A DNA stretch of 64,000 bases. It comes from Pelagomonas calceolata (Eukaryota). Every line of letters starts with the position of its first letter. The first letter of the stretch is position 1. The notes beneath the pieces are model-generated. The model did no database searches. It saw only the letters and a list, made by a program, of their open reading frames with translations, and was not told the origin of the DNA. The position numbers and the translations under genes are program-made. The stretch spans positions 2,604,001 through 2,668,000 of the forward strand of contig CAKKNE010000002.1 in assembly GCA_918797485.1 (NCBI GenBank), in the 5' to 3' direction. Shown here in pieces: positions 40,739 to 50,333 of the stretch.

Positions 40739-41848
40739 TTAGTCGTCGTCCCGCGGGTAGCCCGTGTTCCGCAGCGGGAACTTGAACGGCAATCTCAAAG
40801 TTGCGTCTCCGGGGGGCATATTTCGTAAAGGCCGCGCCGGCCTATGAGGCATATTGTGCGCAGAATTCGGGAGCGGGCCCGGGACCCGGTTGTCCGAGGC
40901 CGGCGCCCGGTCGGCGTCCGGTCCCAAACCTGCATATTCGCCCTTGGGATGCGGGAAGATCTTGTCGTACTGGCGCGCGAACCAGACCGGGTGGTCCCGC
41001 CGGATCCCGACCTCGTATTCGTCGATGCGCACGCCTGGATTTTCATGCGTGCCGCGGTGCGCCATGATCTTCGCCGCAGGGTTCGTGTCGAGGTCGTAGT
41101 GGTGCACGTGCAGCCAGCCCGTGCCCGGGACGTAGCCCCGTGCGAAGCGCTGCGGCGTGATCTCCCAGTCGCACTGGCGCCACGTACTACTGCCGGATAT
41201 TCGCTGACCTTCGGCGCAGTCTTGACATTCTTGCACGTCGGCGACGCCCCACTTGTTGCTGAACTTGCCGGCGGGGCAGCTCGCCGTGCATTTATTGGTG
41301 GTCAAACCCATGGTCGCGCCGTATTTACCGGGCGGGCACTCAAAACACTCACTTTCTGACTTTGCACCGGGTTTGTCTCGGTATTTTCCCGCGGGGCAGT
41401 CCGCGCTGCAGAATTCGCTGACCAAGCCCGCGGCATCGCCGTACCGCCCTCGCGGACAGTCGGCGCAGCCGTCCGCTCTTAGTGAAACGAGTCTTTGGAA
41501 GTTGTTGTCCGAGGCCCCCGTCGGGCGGTAGCGCCCGGGCTGGCACGTGATACTCGGCACGACGCCGGCCTTCGTCCTTAAATCTTCCCCGGTAAGCCAG
41601 CTCGCCTTGTTGTCGTAGCCGCCCACGGTGTAGCGTCGCACATACGACGTCGTCATGAGCGAGGGCGTCAGCCGCCGCCGTTGCTCTCCTTGCGTTGTTG
41701 TTAGGTATACGGCGCCGCCGAGGACGAGGCCTCCGGCTATGACGATGACGCGGCGGCGGCGGCGGCGGCCCCGGGGCACCTCTTCGTCGTCCCGGACGAC
41801 GGCCGGGCCGGCCTCGAGGGTCTCTTCTCCTGTGGGGGTGCTCTCCAT
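40739..41848 (-). CDS. Type II membrane protein with Cys-rich GCC2/GCC3-like (ephrin-receptor-like) repeats
   Basis: RRRRRR + single TM, then CADCPRGRY, CSADCPAGKY, CFECPPGKY, CTASCPAGKF. Confidence 0.75.
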   Translation of the reverse strand: MESTPTGEETLEAGPAVVRDDEEVPRGRRRRRRVIVIAGGLVLGGAVYLTTTQGEQRRRLTPSLMTTSYVRRYTVGGYDNKASWLTGEDLRTKAGVVPSITCQPGRYRPTGASDNNFQRLVSLRADGCADCPRGRYGDAAGLVSEFCSADCPAGKYRDKPGAKSESECFECPPGKYGATMGLTTNKCTASCPAGKFSNKWGVADVQECQDCAEGQRISGSSTWRQCDWEITPQRFARGYVPGTGWLHVHHYDLDTNPAAKIMAHRGTHENPGVRIDEYEVGIRRDHPVWFARQYDKIFPHPKGEYAGLGPDADRAPASDNRVPGPLPNSAHNMPHRPARPLRNMPPGDATLRLPFKFPLRNTGYPRDDD

Positions 41849-42118
41849 GCTATATGGGTTTACTCTGTGGGCGTCTCCCAGGGCCTTGGGCAGCAGATCG
41901 TGGGCCGGGGCAGGTAGTGAGCAATGCCTCCGCTGTCTCCTTTGTCTCGCACAAGCCGCGCGCGAGCTGTAGCGGCCAGGGGAGCGCACACAGCGGACAT
42001 CTCCAAGCCAGTGTCTGCGCTGCGGAGCCGTAGCAGACCCACAGCCTAGGACATCTGCCGAGGCGTCGCGATGGGTCCCTCGGCGAACGCGACGCGCTGG
42101 ACTCAATCGACAAAACGG

Positions 42119-42140
42119 CTAGTGTGTCTGTCGACGCTAG
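42119..42140 (+). promoter_or_regulatory. CTAG dyad element, variant (G-CTAG-TGTGTCTGTCGACG-CTAG)
   Basis: Between divergent ATGs 41848 and 42289. Confidence 0.6.
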
Positions 42141-42288
42141 AGTTCGAGCGCAAAACATTTGCGCGGCGCGTCTTAGCCGCTGCTGTGCACGCACACGATC
42201 GCTGGAGCAGCGCACGGCTCGCACGCGACCGCTTTGCAGGAGCGGTGCGCCGCGTGACGACCTCTGCTGCGCGGGCCAGGCCTTGACC

Positions 42289-45200
42289 ATGGAGGAGGCC
42301 GCGGCCGTATGGATCAGAGACGACGACGAGGGCTGGCTGCCGGGCGTGGTGAAGCAGGTCGATGACGATCAAATAGAAGTGGACGTCGTGGACGACGACG
42401 GGACCACCATCGAGGCGATCACGGTCCCGACGCAAGAAATCAAGAGAAGGGACGCGGACGCGAAGCCCGTCGACGACCTGATTTCCTTAGCGGTGCTGCA
42501 CGAGCCGGCCATCTTGCACGCCTTGCGGCGACGGTACGCGAGTGGCGAGATTTATACCTTCAACGGGGCCATTTTAATCGCGGTGAATCCCTTCAGAAAA
42601 CTAGCACTATACACCGACGACATCCTGGAGCGCTACGCAAATAGAGGCCTGTTGCACGCCCAGGGCGTGCCCCAAGCGACGTTGCCTCCGCACGTGTATA
42701 CGGTCGCCGACGCGGCTTATAGAAGTATGTCCGAAGCTATTACCTCAAACGCGAAGCAAGGATCGCAGTCGGTCTTGATTTCGGGAGAGAGCGGCGCGGG
42801 CAAGACGGAGACCACCAAAATCGTGATGAGGTATCTCACGGTAGTAGGAAGAGGGTCCTCGTCCGAGAACGCGGTGACGGATAAGGTATTGCGGAGCAAT
42901 CCTATCCTCGAGGCCTTCGGGAACGCGCGGACCGTGAGGAACGACAATTCGTCGCGGTTCGGGAAGTTCATCGACCTCGAATTCGACGACCGGGGCGCGA
43001 TGCGCGGCGCGGCCATAGATACTTATTTACTGGAAAAAATAAGGCTGCCGCGACATGCCCAGGGTGAAAGGAACTTCCACGTCTTCTACCAGTTAAGTGC
43101 CACCTCCAACAAAGATGATGCGTGGCAGTTACCTCCCTCACCGGCAACCACCTGTACTTATCTCAAGCAGGGCGGCGTGCCTTCTTTAGCTTCCATGGAC
43201 GATGGTAAAGAGTTCGACACGGTCGTGGAGGCTTTGAAAGCATTGGGTGTGTCTGACGGTGACGTGAAGCACGTTTTTGCGTTGGTCGCGGGCCTCACGC
43301 ACTTAGGAGACGTCCTTTTTGAATTTGCCGTTGGTGATGATGGCGGCGGTTCCCACGTCGAAGATCGAACTGTGTTAGATCGGGCTGCATCCTTGTGCGG
43401 CCTAGATGCGGATAAATTGTTACAAGCAGTCACGCAGCGAACGGTCTCCGCGAGAAACGAGTCCTATACCGTTCGCCTGGTGCCGCAGGACGCGTGTCAA
43501 GCGCGGGACGCCGTCGCCAAAGCTTTATACGGCAGATTGTTCGCGTGGTTAGTAAAAGCAATAAACAAAGGCATCCAGAAAAATGATTTCCGGAAGGCGG
43601 CGTCCATAGGTGTATTGGACATCTTCGGCTTCGAGTGTTTTAGTACAAATTCCTTCGAGCAGCTCTGCATCAACTACACGAACGAAACGTTGCAGCAGCA
43701 GTTCAATAGATATGTTTTTAAATTAGAACAGGAGGAATACGAGCGCGAGAAAATTACGTGGAGCTTCGTCGAGTTCCCGGACAACCAGGACTGTCTGGAT
43801 TTGATTGAAGGTACTAGGAAGGCATGTCCCCCTGATGGTGGTTTATTAGTGATGTTAGATGATGAGTGTCGGTTGCCTCGTGGGAGTGATGCGAATTATG
43901 CTGCAAGAATCCTGAAGTCCCTCAAGTCTCATGATCGGTTGTGTGCTTCGAAAAAACAAGTAGTAGACGGTATTTTCGAAGTGAGGCACTACGCTGGTCC
44001 TGTGCCCTACGTCGCGCAAGGCTTCCTCGAGAAGAACAAGGATGAATTACCGAGTGACGCCGTACAACTCTTCAACGACACAAAAGGTTTCCTACAGGAC
44101 TGCTGCGCCGCCTTTGATCAGGAGACCACGGACGTGAAGAAGAAGAAAGTGACCGTCGCGTCCCAGTTCAAAACCCAGCTGAGAAAATTGATGGAGTCCA
44201 TCAGTAGTACCACACCGCATTACGTGCGATGCTTGAAGCCGAACGATAAAAATATACCGGACGAGTTCGTGCGGAAGCGCGTCGCGGAGCAGCTGAGATA
44301 CGGGGGTGTGTTAGAAGCAGTTAGGGTCGCGCGCTCGGGCTTTCCGGTGCGCCTACCGCACGCCGAGTTCGTGCGACGCTACGCGGCGTTGGGGCCTTGT
44401 CCATTACAGGGAGATCGGAAGGGCTGCGCGTCATTAATCGAGGCCTTCGCGTCCGATGACAAAGACGCGTACCAGCTCGGCCTGACCAAAGTTTTCCTGC
44501 GGAAGAACGCCCATGATTCTTTGGAGACGGCGCGGTCGTCCGCGCGGCGGTCCGCCGCCGTGCGGTTGCAATCTTGGGAAAGGAGGCGCCAAGCACTCAC
44601 GAGGGTCGGGTCGAGGCTGCGCGCGGGCCGCGCGTTGTCGCGCTGGGCGTTCGCGGCGCTGGCTTCCATGAGAGTCCGGTCGAAACGGCGCGAGTGGAAT
44701 GCGCTGCGCGTCGAGACGGCCTGGCGCTGTGCGAGGCATCGGAACCGCTTCCGTGCTGTGACGCGCGGCGTCCTCGCGCTGCAGAAGCTCGGCCGCGGCG
44801 TCGGCGCGCGCCGGGCGACGGCCCAGAGGAGACGCGTCGCGGCTACGGTGCGGATCCAGAGCGCCGGCCGCGGTTTAAAACCGCGCCGCTTCCGGACCAA
44901 GACGGTCCGCGCGATAACACAAACCCAAGCTTTCGTAAGGCGGTCCATGGCGAAGCGCGCGGCGCAGCGGGCGCGAAGTGAAATGAAAGACGTCGCCAAC
45001 CTCCAGACGGAGGCCGAGGCCATGAAGGAGGAGATTCAACAGTTGCGCGCGAGGGCCCAGCAAGAGACGCTCGAGCGCGAGCACGCCGCCGTCGGCGCGG
45101 CGACCGCGGAGGTCTCGAGACTCAGGGACGAGCTCGACGCGGTCCTCGCCGTCGGGGACGCGAAACTACGGAGCGCGGAGCGCCTCTGCTCGAAGCTGCG

Positions 45201-46317
45201 CGGCGACGGCGACCGCAAGTCCGCCGCGATCGACACGCTCGAGCTCCGAATCGCCGACGCGGACGCGCGGCGCGACGCCGCAGAAGCTAGAGTGGTGGAG
45301 GCCGAGCGTCTGATGAAGGAGGAGGCGCAGCGCGCCGACCGCCTCGCCGACGCGGCCAAGGACGCCGACGCGGGCCTCGCGCAGCAACTCGAAGCGGAGA
45401 CGGCGCGCCGCGAGGAGGCCGAGGCCGCGCTCGCGTCGCTGCGCTCGGCCTCGCCGCCGCCGCCGCCCGTGCCTCCCCAAGAGCCCCTGCGGCGCGCGCC
45501 GTCGTCGACGCCGCCCACGTCGCCGCGCAACCCGGGGCCGCCGGCCGACCTGGGCGCCGCGTTCCTCGAGGCGTTGCGGCGCGGCATCGCGGCGGTGGCC
45601 TGGGAGGACGGCGCGAGCGAGCCCGTCCAGCTCGAGCTGCGCGCGGGCGCGCCGAGCGCGCCGGGCGCGCCCTTCGCTTTGGCCGGCGCCCAGCTCTGCT
45701 TCGTCGTCAAAAGCACGTCGCTCTTCCGGCGCCGGAAGCCGCCGCCGCCTTTAGCGCTAGCGGCGCTCTACGGCGCGCGCGCCGGGAATGGTGGAGAGGC
45801 GGCCCTCTCTTCTCATTCCATTGCCTTGGCGGCGGAGGGCGACGACCGCCAACAGCGCGAGGTCGTCCTCGAGTTTCCTACCGAGAGTGGCGCCGCTGAA
45901 GCTTTAGCAGGGTTCCGCCACGCGCTGGACGCGCTCCAGCACCACCCTCATCGCTCACCTCCGCCGTCGCCGCCGCCGCCAACCTCGCCGCCGCCGCCGC
46001 CACCAAGGGAGGACATCGCGGACGCCGTCGCCGAGCTAGAAAAACAATTACTCCTCGAGCGCGCGAACAACCAGAAGATGATGCTCCAGATGCTTGAGAT
46101 GCAGAACGACGTCAACCGCGGCAGCGCGAAGATCGTCGAGCTCAAGCAGGAGACGGCGGGCCTGCGGTCGCAGCTCGTCGCGCGCGACCGCATGCACGCC
46201 GACGACGCGCGCATGCGCCTCCAGCTCGGCAAGCGGCTCCAGCAGCTCGTCTTCGACAACGCTGCTTTACGAAGAACGTGCGACGACCTCGAGCGCCACG
46301 CGCAGAAGGCCTTCTAA
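42289..46317 (+). CDS. Unconventional myosin: motor, IQ-like neck, coiled coil, PH-like tail
   Basis: ISGESGAGKTE, NPILEAFGNA.T.RNDNSSRFGK, LDIFGFE, NSFEQLCINY.NE, PHYVRCLKPN; repeated IQ-like motifs. Confidence 0.95.
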   Translation: MEEAAAVWIRDDDEGWLPGVVKQVDDDQIEVDVVDDDGTTIEAITVPTQEIKRRDADAKPVDDLISLAVLHEPAILHALRRRYASGEIYTFNGAILIAVNPFRKLALYTDDILERYANRGLLHAQGVPQATLPPHVYTVADAAYRSMSEAITSNAKQGSQSVLISGESGAGKTETTKIVMRYLTVVGRGSSSENAVTDKVLRSNPILEAFGNARTVRNDNSSRFGKFIDLEFDDRGAMRGAAIDTYLLEKIRLPRHAQGERNFHVFYQLSATSNKDDAWQLPPSPATTCTYLKQGGVPSLASMDDGKEFDTVVEALKALGVSDGDVKHVFALVAGLTHLGDVLFEFAVGDDGGGSHVEDRTVLDRAASLCGLDADKLLQAVTQRTVSARNESYTVRLVPQDACQARDAVAKALYGRLFAWLVKAINKGIQKNDFRKAASIGVLDIFGFECFSTNSFEQLCINYTNETLQQQFNRYVFKLEQEEYEREKITWSFVEFPDNQDCLDLIEGTRKACPPDGGLLVMLDDECRLPRGSDANYAARILKSLKSHDRLCASKKQVVDGIFEVRHYAGPVPYVAQGFLEKNKDELPSDAVQLFNDTKGFLQDCCAAFDQETTDVKKKKVTVASQFKTQLRKLMESISSTTPHYVRCLKPNDKNIPDEFVRKRVAEQLRYGGVLEAVRVARSGFPVRLPHAEFVRRYAALGPCPLQGDRKGCASLIEAFASDDKDAYQLGLTKVFLRKNAHDSLETARSSARRSAAVRLQSWERRRQALTRVGSRLRAGRALSRWAFAALASMRVRSKRREWNALRVETAWRCARHRNRFRAVTRGVLALQKLGRGVGARRATAQRRRVAATVRIQSAGRGLKPRRFRTKTVRAITQTQAFVRRSMAKRAAQRARSEMKDVANLQTEAEAMKEEIQQLRARAQQETLEREHAAVGAATAEVSRLRDELDAVLAVGDAKLRSAERLCSKLRGDGDRKSAAIDTLELRIADADARRDAAEARVVEAERLMKEEAQRADRLADAAKDADAGLAQQLEAETARREEAEAALASLRSASPPPPPVPPQEPLRRAPSSTPPTSPRNPGPPADLGAAFLEALRRGIAAVAWEDGASEPVQLELRAGAPSAPGAPFALAGAQLCFVVKSTSLFRRRKPPPPLALAALYGARAGNGGEAALSSHSIALAAEGDDRQQREVVLEFPTESGAAEALAGFRHALDALQHHPHRSPPPSPPPPTSPPPPPPREDIADAVAELEKQLLLERANNQKMMLQMLEMQNDVNRGSAKIVELKQETAGLRSQLVARDRMHADDARMRLQLGKRLQQLVFDNAALRRTCDDLERHAQKAF

Positions 46318-46387
46318 CTTAGTATGTGTGACTTCAAGTTTCTGTTTTTCACGTCCAAACTTTCCAAACTCACAACAGAACAGTTAG

Positions 46388-47341
46388 TTAGGCAGCAGAC
46401 GAGTCGTTCAGCGCGCAGCACGTCACGGCGAGCGAGTGCCCCGAGTAGTAGCGGATCGCCGCGCCGGACGACAGGTCCCAGAGCCGCGCGCTGTGGTCCG
46501 ACGACGCCGTCACGAGGTACGCCGAGTCGGCGGAGAAGCAGGCGTCCCAGACCCAGCGCTGGTGCTGGGCGAGCGTCTTCTCGAGCGCGAAGCCCCGCCG
46601 CGCGTTCCAGATTTTTGCGGTTTTGTCGCTCGCCGTCGTGACCAATAACCGGGCGTCGGGCGAGGCCCGGCACGACAGGACGTAGGTCCGGTCGGACCCC
46701 GCGTCGTGCGCCGCCTCGATGATATGGTCTAAACCGTGCGCGTCGGAATCGTCGGGCCGCCAGACGTAGACGTCCGCGTCCCTTGTGGCTGCAGCTAAGA
46801 AAGAACCATCATTGGCACACGCGACGGCGCGCACGGGCACGTCGTCGGCCGGCCGCAGCGTCTCGCGGCATTTGTCCGCCACTACGTCCCAGACCCGCAC
46901 CCTGCCACTATCGTCTCCACTGACAATTTCGTCGCCGCCCCGCCGCAGACAGGCCGAGTGGCACGCGACGGCATCACCCTTCCCGTCCGTACAGGAGAAC
47001 GTGGTTTTGCACCGAGGCGGCGCCCGGAGGTCCCATATTTTAACCGTACCGTCCTCGCTCGACGAAAAGAGCCAGCTCCGATCTCTACAAAAGCCGCAGG
47101 CCGTCGCGTTGCCCGCGTGGCTAAACTCGGCGACGGGCGCTGATGTCTGCGTGTGGGCCACGTCGAACACGCGCACGTGGGGGTTTCCTCCCGCCGCCAG
47201 AAACAACTTGTCGTCCGAAATAGCTAAACAGTTCACCTGGCTGTCGGGATAGCGCACGGTCCGCGTGCATACTCTTGAACTAGCCTCCCAGAACCGTATT
47301 TTATGATCATAACCCGCGGTCGCGAGGACGACGGCGGTCAT
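46388..47341 (-). CDS. LST8: TOR complex subunit LST8 (WD40)
   Basis: VVLATAGYDH.IRFWEA, YPDSQVN.L, SSEDGTVKIWDLRA, HQRWVWDACFSADSAYLVTASSD. Confidence 0.96.
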   Translation of the reverse strand: MTAVVLATAGYDHKIRFWEASSRVCTRTVRYPDSQVNCLAISDDKLFLAAGGNPHVRVFDVAHTQTSAPVAEFSHAGNATACGFCRDRSWLFSSSEDGTVKIWDLRAPPRCKTTFSCTDGKGDAVACHSACLRRGGDEIVSGDDSGRVRVWDVVADKCRETLRPADDVPVRAVACANDGSFLAAATRDADVYVWRPDDSDAHGLDHIIEAAHDAGSDRTYVLSCRASPDARLLVTTASDKTAKIWNARRGFALEKTLAQHQRWVWDACFSADSAYLVTASSDHSARLWDLSSGAAIRYYSGHSLAVTCCALNDSSAA

Positions 47342-47662
47342 CGCCTCCTCCCTTTACGAGTCGGTTCCGTCGCCCGGGCGCTCTAGTCCGCCGGCTGGCT
47401 GTTTTGCAAACAAGGGGGAACTTGTTTTGCGCGTGGTCAAGCTACGCAGTCCGCGCGACGCTCGACGTTGTCGATGCAGGCTTGCCTGCAGTTGGGCCTT
47501 GCGAAGCTGTGGCGTCTCTCGCGCGCAGAGAGGGCTCGCGCAGCGATCGATGCCAGCGGCGCCGACGTCTTGGCTCCACACCTAAGCACTACCACAAAAA
47601 CTTGCCCTCGTGCCTTGTTGCCGAGGATCCCTTGCTTGACAACTACAAAAACTTGCTTGCTG

Positions 47663-47682
47663 CTAGTGTCTTACGACGCTAG
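47663..47682 (+). promoter_or_regulatory. CTAG dyad element (CTG-CTAG-TGTCTTACGACG-CTAG-C)
   Basis: Near-perfect inverted repeat around TTAC; between divergent LST8 and KEA genes. Confidence 0.75.
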
Positions 47683-47868
47683 CTTCATAAAAGCTTCACC
47701 TGAGCCAAAACCCACCGTCACGTTCACATTTTACCCACAGTGCACCTCCTCTTGCAGCCCTGAGGGCGGCTGGCTCAAAACTGCTGCAAGCCGGTAGCTA
47801 GACTAGCAAAACACAGCACTGCTACAGCGACTGCTACCGGGCTTGCGCCGCGGTAGCGACAAGACAAG

Positions 47869-50058
47869 ATGCGACGACCACTCGTGCTGCTCACAGCAAC
47901 CACCGCCCTCGCCTGGGCGCCGCCGCCGACGCAATTTGCCGCGGCGCGACGGGGCGCCGCGGCGGCGCTCCCGCAGCTCCGCCCCACCACAACACATAGA
48001 GCCGCACCGGCTGCCGACGCGCCCCTGCCGCCGCCGACGTTGACAACAAAACTCGTGTCGAAGGTAAGGAGAGCGGTCGCACGACCAAAATGGAGGGGCG
48101 CGGCCGCCGTGTCCGCCGGCGCGGTCGCCGCCGCATGGGGTCTGCGCGCGCCCCTCGCCGCGGTCCTGGAGAAGAGTTTTCTCGGAGACGCGTTTGCGAC
48201 GTTATTGAGGGCCGGCGCGCGACGGGACGCTTTAGCTGTATTACTGGCGTTCGCGGTGGCGGTCCCGGGATTCAAGGGCTTCGGAGCATCGCCGGTTTTG
48301 GCCTTCCTCGCTTCTGGTGCTCTACTAGGCCCGCACGGCCTGGCGGTCATCTCTGATGTGGGCCTCACGCAACGCCTGGCGGACCTGGGCGTGTGTTTCT
48401 TTTTGTTCGAGATGGGTCTCGAGCTAAGTCTCGGCCGCCTTAAGGCGCTGCGGCGGGAGCTGGGCCTGGGCGCGGCGCAGGTCGCGGCGACCTCAATCAT
48501 ATTGGCCAAATTGGCGACGCCGGCGCTGCGGCTCACGACTACTTCCCAAGCAGCGGTCGTGGGATCTGCCCTTGCTTTATCGTCCTCGGCCTTTGCGCTG
48601 CGATTGCTGCGAGATAGAGATGATTTAGCGACAGCTCATGGAAGGGCTGCGCTAGGTGTGTTGCTCGCGCAGAATTTGGCGGTCGTACCTTTGCTAGCGG
48701 CGATCCCCGGCCTGGCGGGTCGAAGCGCGGTTGAGGGAACGGTGGGCAAAGCAGTCGCGGCGGCGGCCGCCAAGGGCTTAATTGCCTTGGCGACCGTGGA
48801 GCTCGTGGGAAAACACGTCATGAATTCTTTGTTCTTCATGAGCGCTCAAACCAAGTCGCAGGAAGCGTTTCTCGCAGTTGTCCTACTGAACGTCCTGGGT
48901 ATCGCGTCGGTCACGGAGGCGGCGGGCTTACCTGCCGCTCTAGGTGCTCTATTGGCGGGAGCGTCTCTCTCTCAAACGAGATACCGCTACCAGGTCGAGG
49001 CCGACGTGGCCCCGTTCCGAGGTGTATTGCTAGGGCTGTTTTTTGCCACGGTCGGTTTTTCGGTCGACTTCGGGGTCGTCGCGGCGAGGCCGAGAGCTGC
49101 TCTGGCGGCGACGCTGGGTCTCGTGGCGGCAAAAGCTGCGGCTCTGGTCCCGCTCGGGCTCTTCTTCCGGCTGCCGGCAGCGGCGGCGGCGCGCACTGGG
49201 CTACTATTGGCGCCGGCGGGGGAATTTGGTTTTGTCGCGGTGGGGCTCGCCAAGGCTTTCAAGGTGCTAGATGCCTCGACGGCACGACTATTGACGACGG
49301 CCGCCGCGCTCAGTATGTGCCTCACGCCAGGCTTAGCAGCTCTTGGTGATCGCTTGGCCGAGCCGTTGGACCGGCTGGAGGCCGCGTGGCTGAGACGGTC
49401 TCGAAGAGCGAGAGACGACGCCGCGGTTGGGAGAGCCGTAAAGAACGCCCAGGGCGAGTTGGTGGTGGTGGTAGGATATGGACGCGTGGGACGTGTCGTG
49501 TGCGAGTTACTGGACGCCAAGCTCCAGAGATACGTGGTCTTCGATTTAGATCCCCATAAAGCCACCGACGCGCGGCAGCGGGGCAAGCCCGTGTTCTTTG
49601 GCGATCTGGGGAGACCGGAGGTCCTGGAGTACTTTGGGGTTGGAGCTGCTAGGTTGGTTGTCGTGGCGGTCGCCGACAAACGAGCGACGAATCGCGTGGT
49701 CGTCGCATTGAGGAGGCTATACCCAGACCTCGAGATCATTGCGCGAGCGAGAGACAGCGAACACCAGCGACGGCTGAACAAGATGCTCGGCGTCGTGGCG
49801 ATGGTGCCGACGCTGCCCGAGGACTCGCGGCTGTTGTCGTTGCCGTTCGGCGGCGCCGTGCTCCGCGCTTTGAATTACAAGAAGGAGGACGTCGACGGAT
49901 TGATAGAGGAATCGAGGAGATCCGCTCTGGGCCTGTTCGACGGCGTCTCCGAAACTCTGGTCGCGGAGGAGCAGGCTACATTACTCGAACAGCTCGGCGT
50001 GCCTCAAGATTCAGAGAACTCCGAGGAGCCGGCCGAGGAGGAGGCCGTCACCGTCTAG
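47869..50058 (+). CDS. CPA2 K+/H+ antiporter with KTN (TrkA-N) domain, KEA/KefC-like, predicted plastid-targeted
   Basis: LGVCFFLFEMGLELS, ALSSSAF, VEADVAPFRGVLLGLFF, GEFGFV, VGYGRVG, PVFFGD; signal + transit-like N-terminus. Confidence 0.92.
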   Translation: MRRPLVLLTATTALAWAPPPTQFAAARRGAAAALPQLRPTTTHRAAPAADAPLPPPTLTTKLVSKVRRAVARPKWRGAAAVSAGAVAAAWGLRAPLAAVLEKSFLGDAFATLLRAGARRDALAVLLAFAVAVPGFKGFGASPVLAFLASGALLGPHGLAVISDVGLTQRLADLGVCFFLFEMGLELSLGRLKALRRELGLGAAQVAATSIILAKLATPALRLTTTSQAAVVGSALALSSSAFALRLLRDRDDLATAHGRAALGVLLAQNLAVVPLLAAIPGLAGRSAVEGTVGKAVAAAAAKGLIALATVELVGKHVMNSLFFMSAQTKSQEAFLAVVLLNVLGIASVTEAAGLPAALGALLAGASLSQTRYRYQVEADVAPFRGVLLGLFFATVGFSVDFGVVAARPRAALAATLGLVAAKAAALVPLGLFFRLPAAAAARTGLLLAPAGEFGFVAVGLAKAFKVLDASTARLLTTAAALSMCLTPGLAALGDRLAEPLDRLEAAWLRRSRRARDDAAVGRAVKNAQGELVVVVGYGRVGRVVCELLDAKLQRYVVFDLDPHKATDARQRGKPVFFGDLGRPEVLEYFGVGAARLVVVAVADKRATNRVVVALRRLYPDLEIIARARDSEHQRRLNKMLGVVAMVPTLPEDSRLLSLPFGGAVLRALNYKKEDVDGLIEESRRSALGLFDGVSETLVAEEQATLLEQLGVPQDSENSEEPAEEEAVTV

Positions 50059-50333
50059 CTTTGTCTGCTACCCCTGAACACACCTAACTTATATGTCAGT
50101 TTATCACTAGGCTGGTCAGCAACTGGTTAGTCATAGGGTAAGGACTGGTAAGGTAAGGTATGTAAAACGGGGCACGGGATCAGACCTGCGACTACAGCGA
50201 CGGGGGGTATTCCACCGGACATAGGAACCGTTATTACATTTATGATCGACCGACTTGACCATGCTCCAGTCTGAGAACGGCGGCTCGGGCGGACGACGGA
50301 AATTCCAAGAGGTACGATACTAGTAGTGATAGT

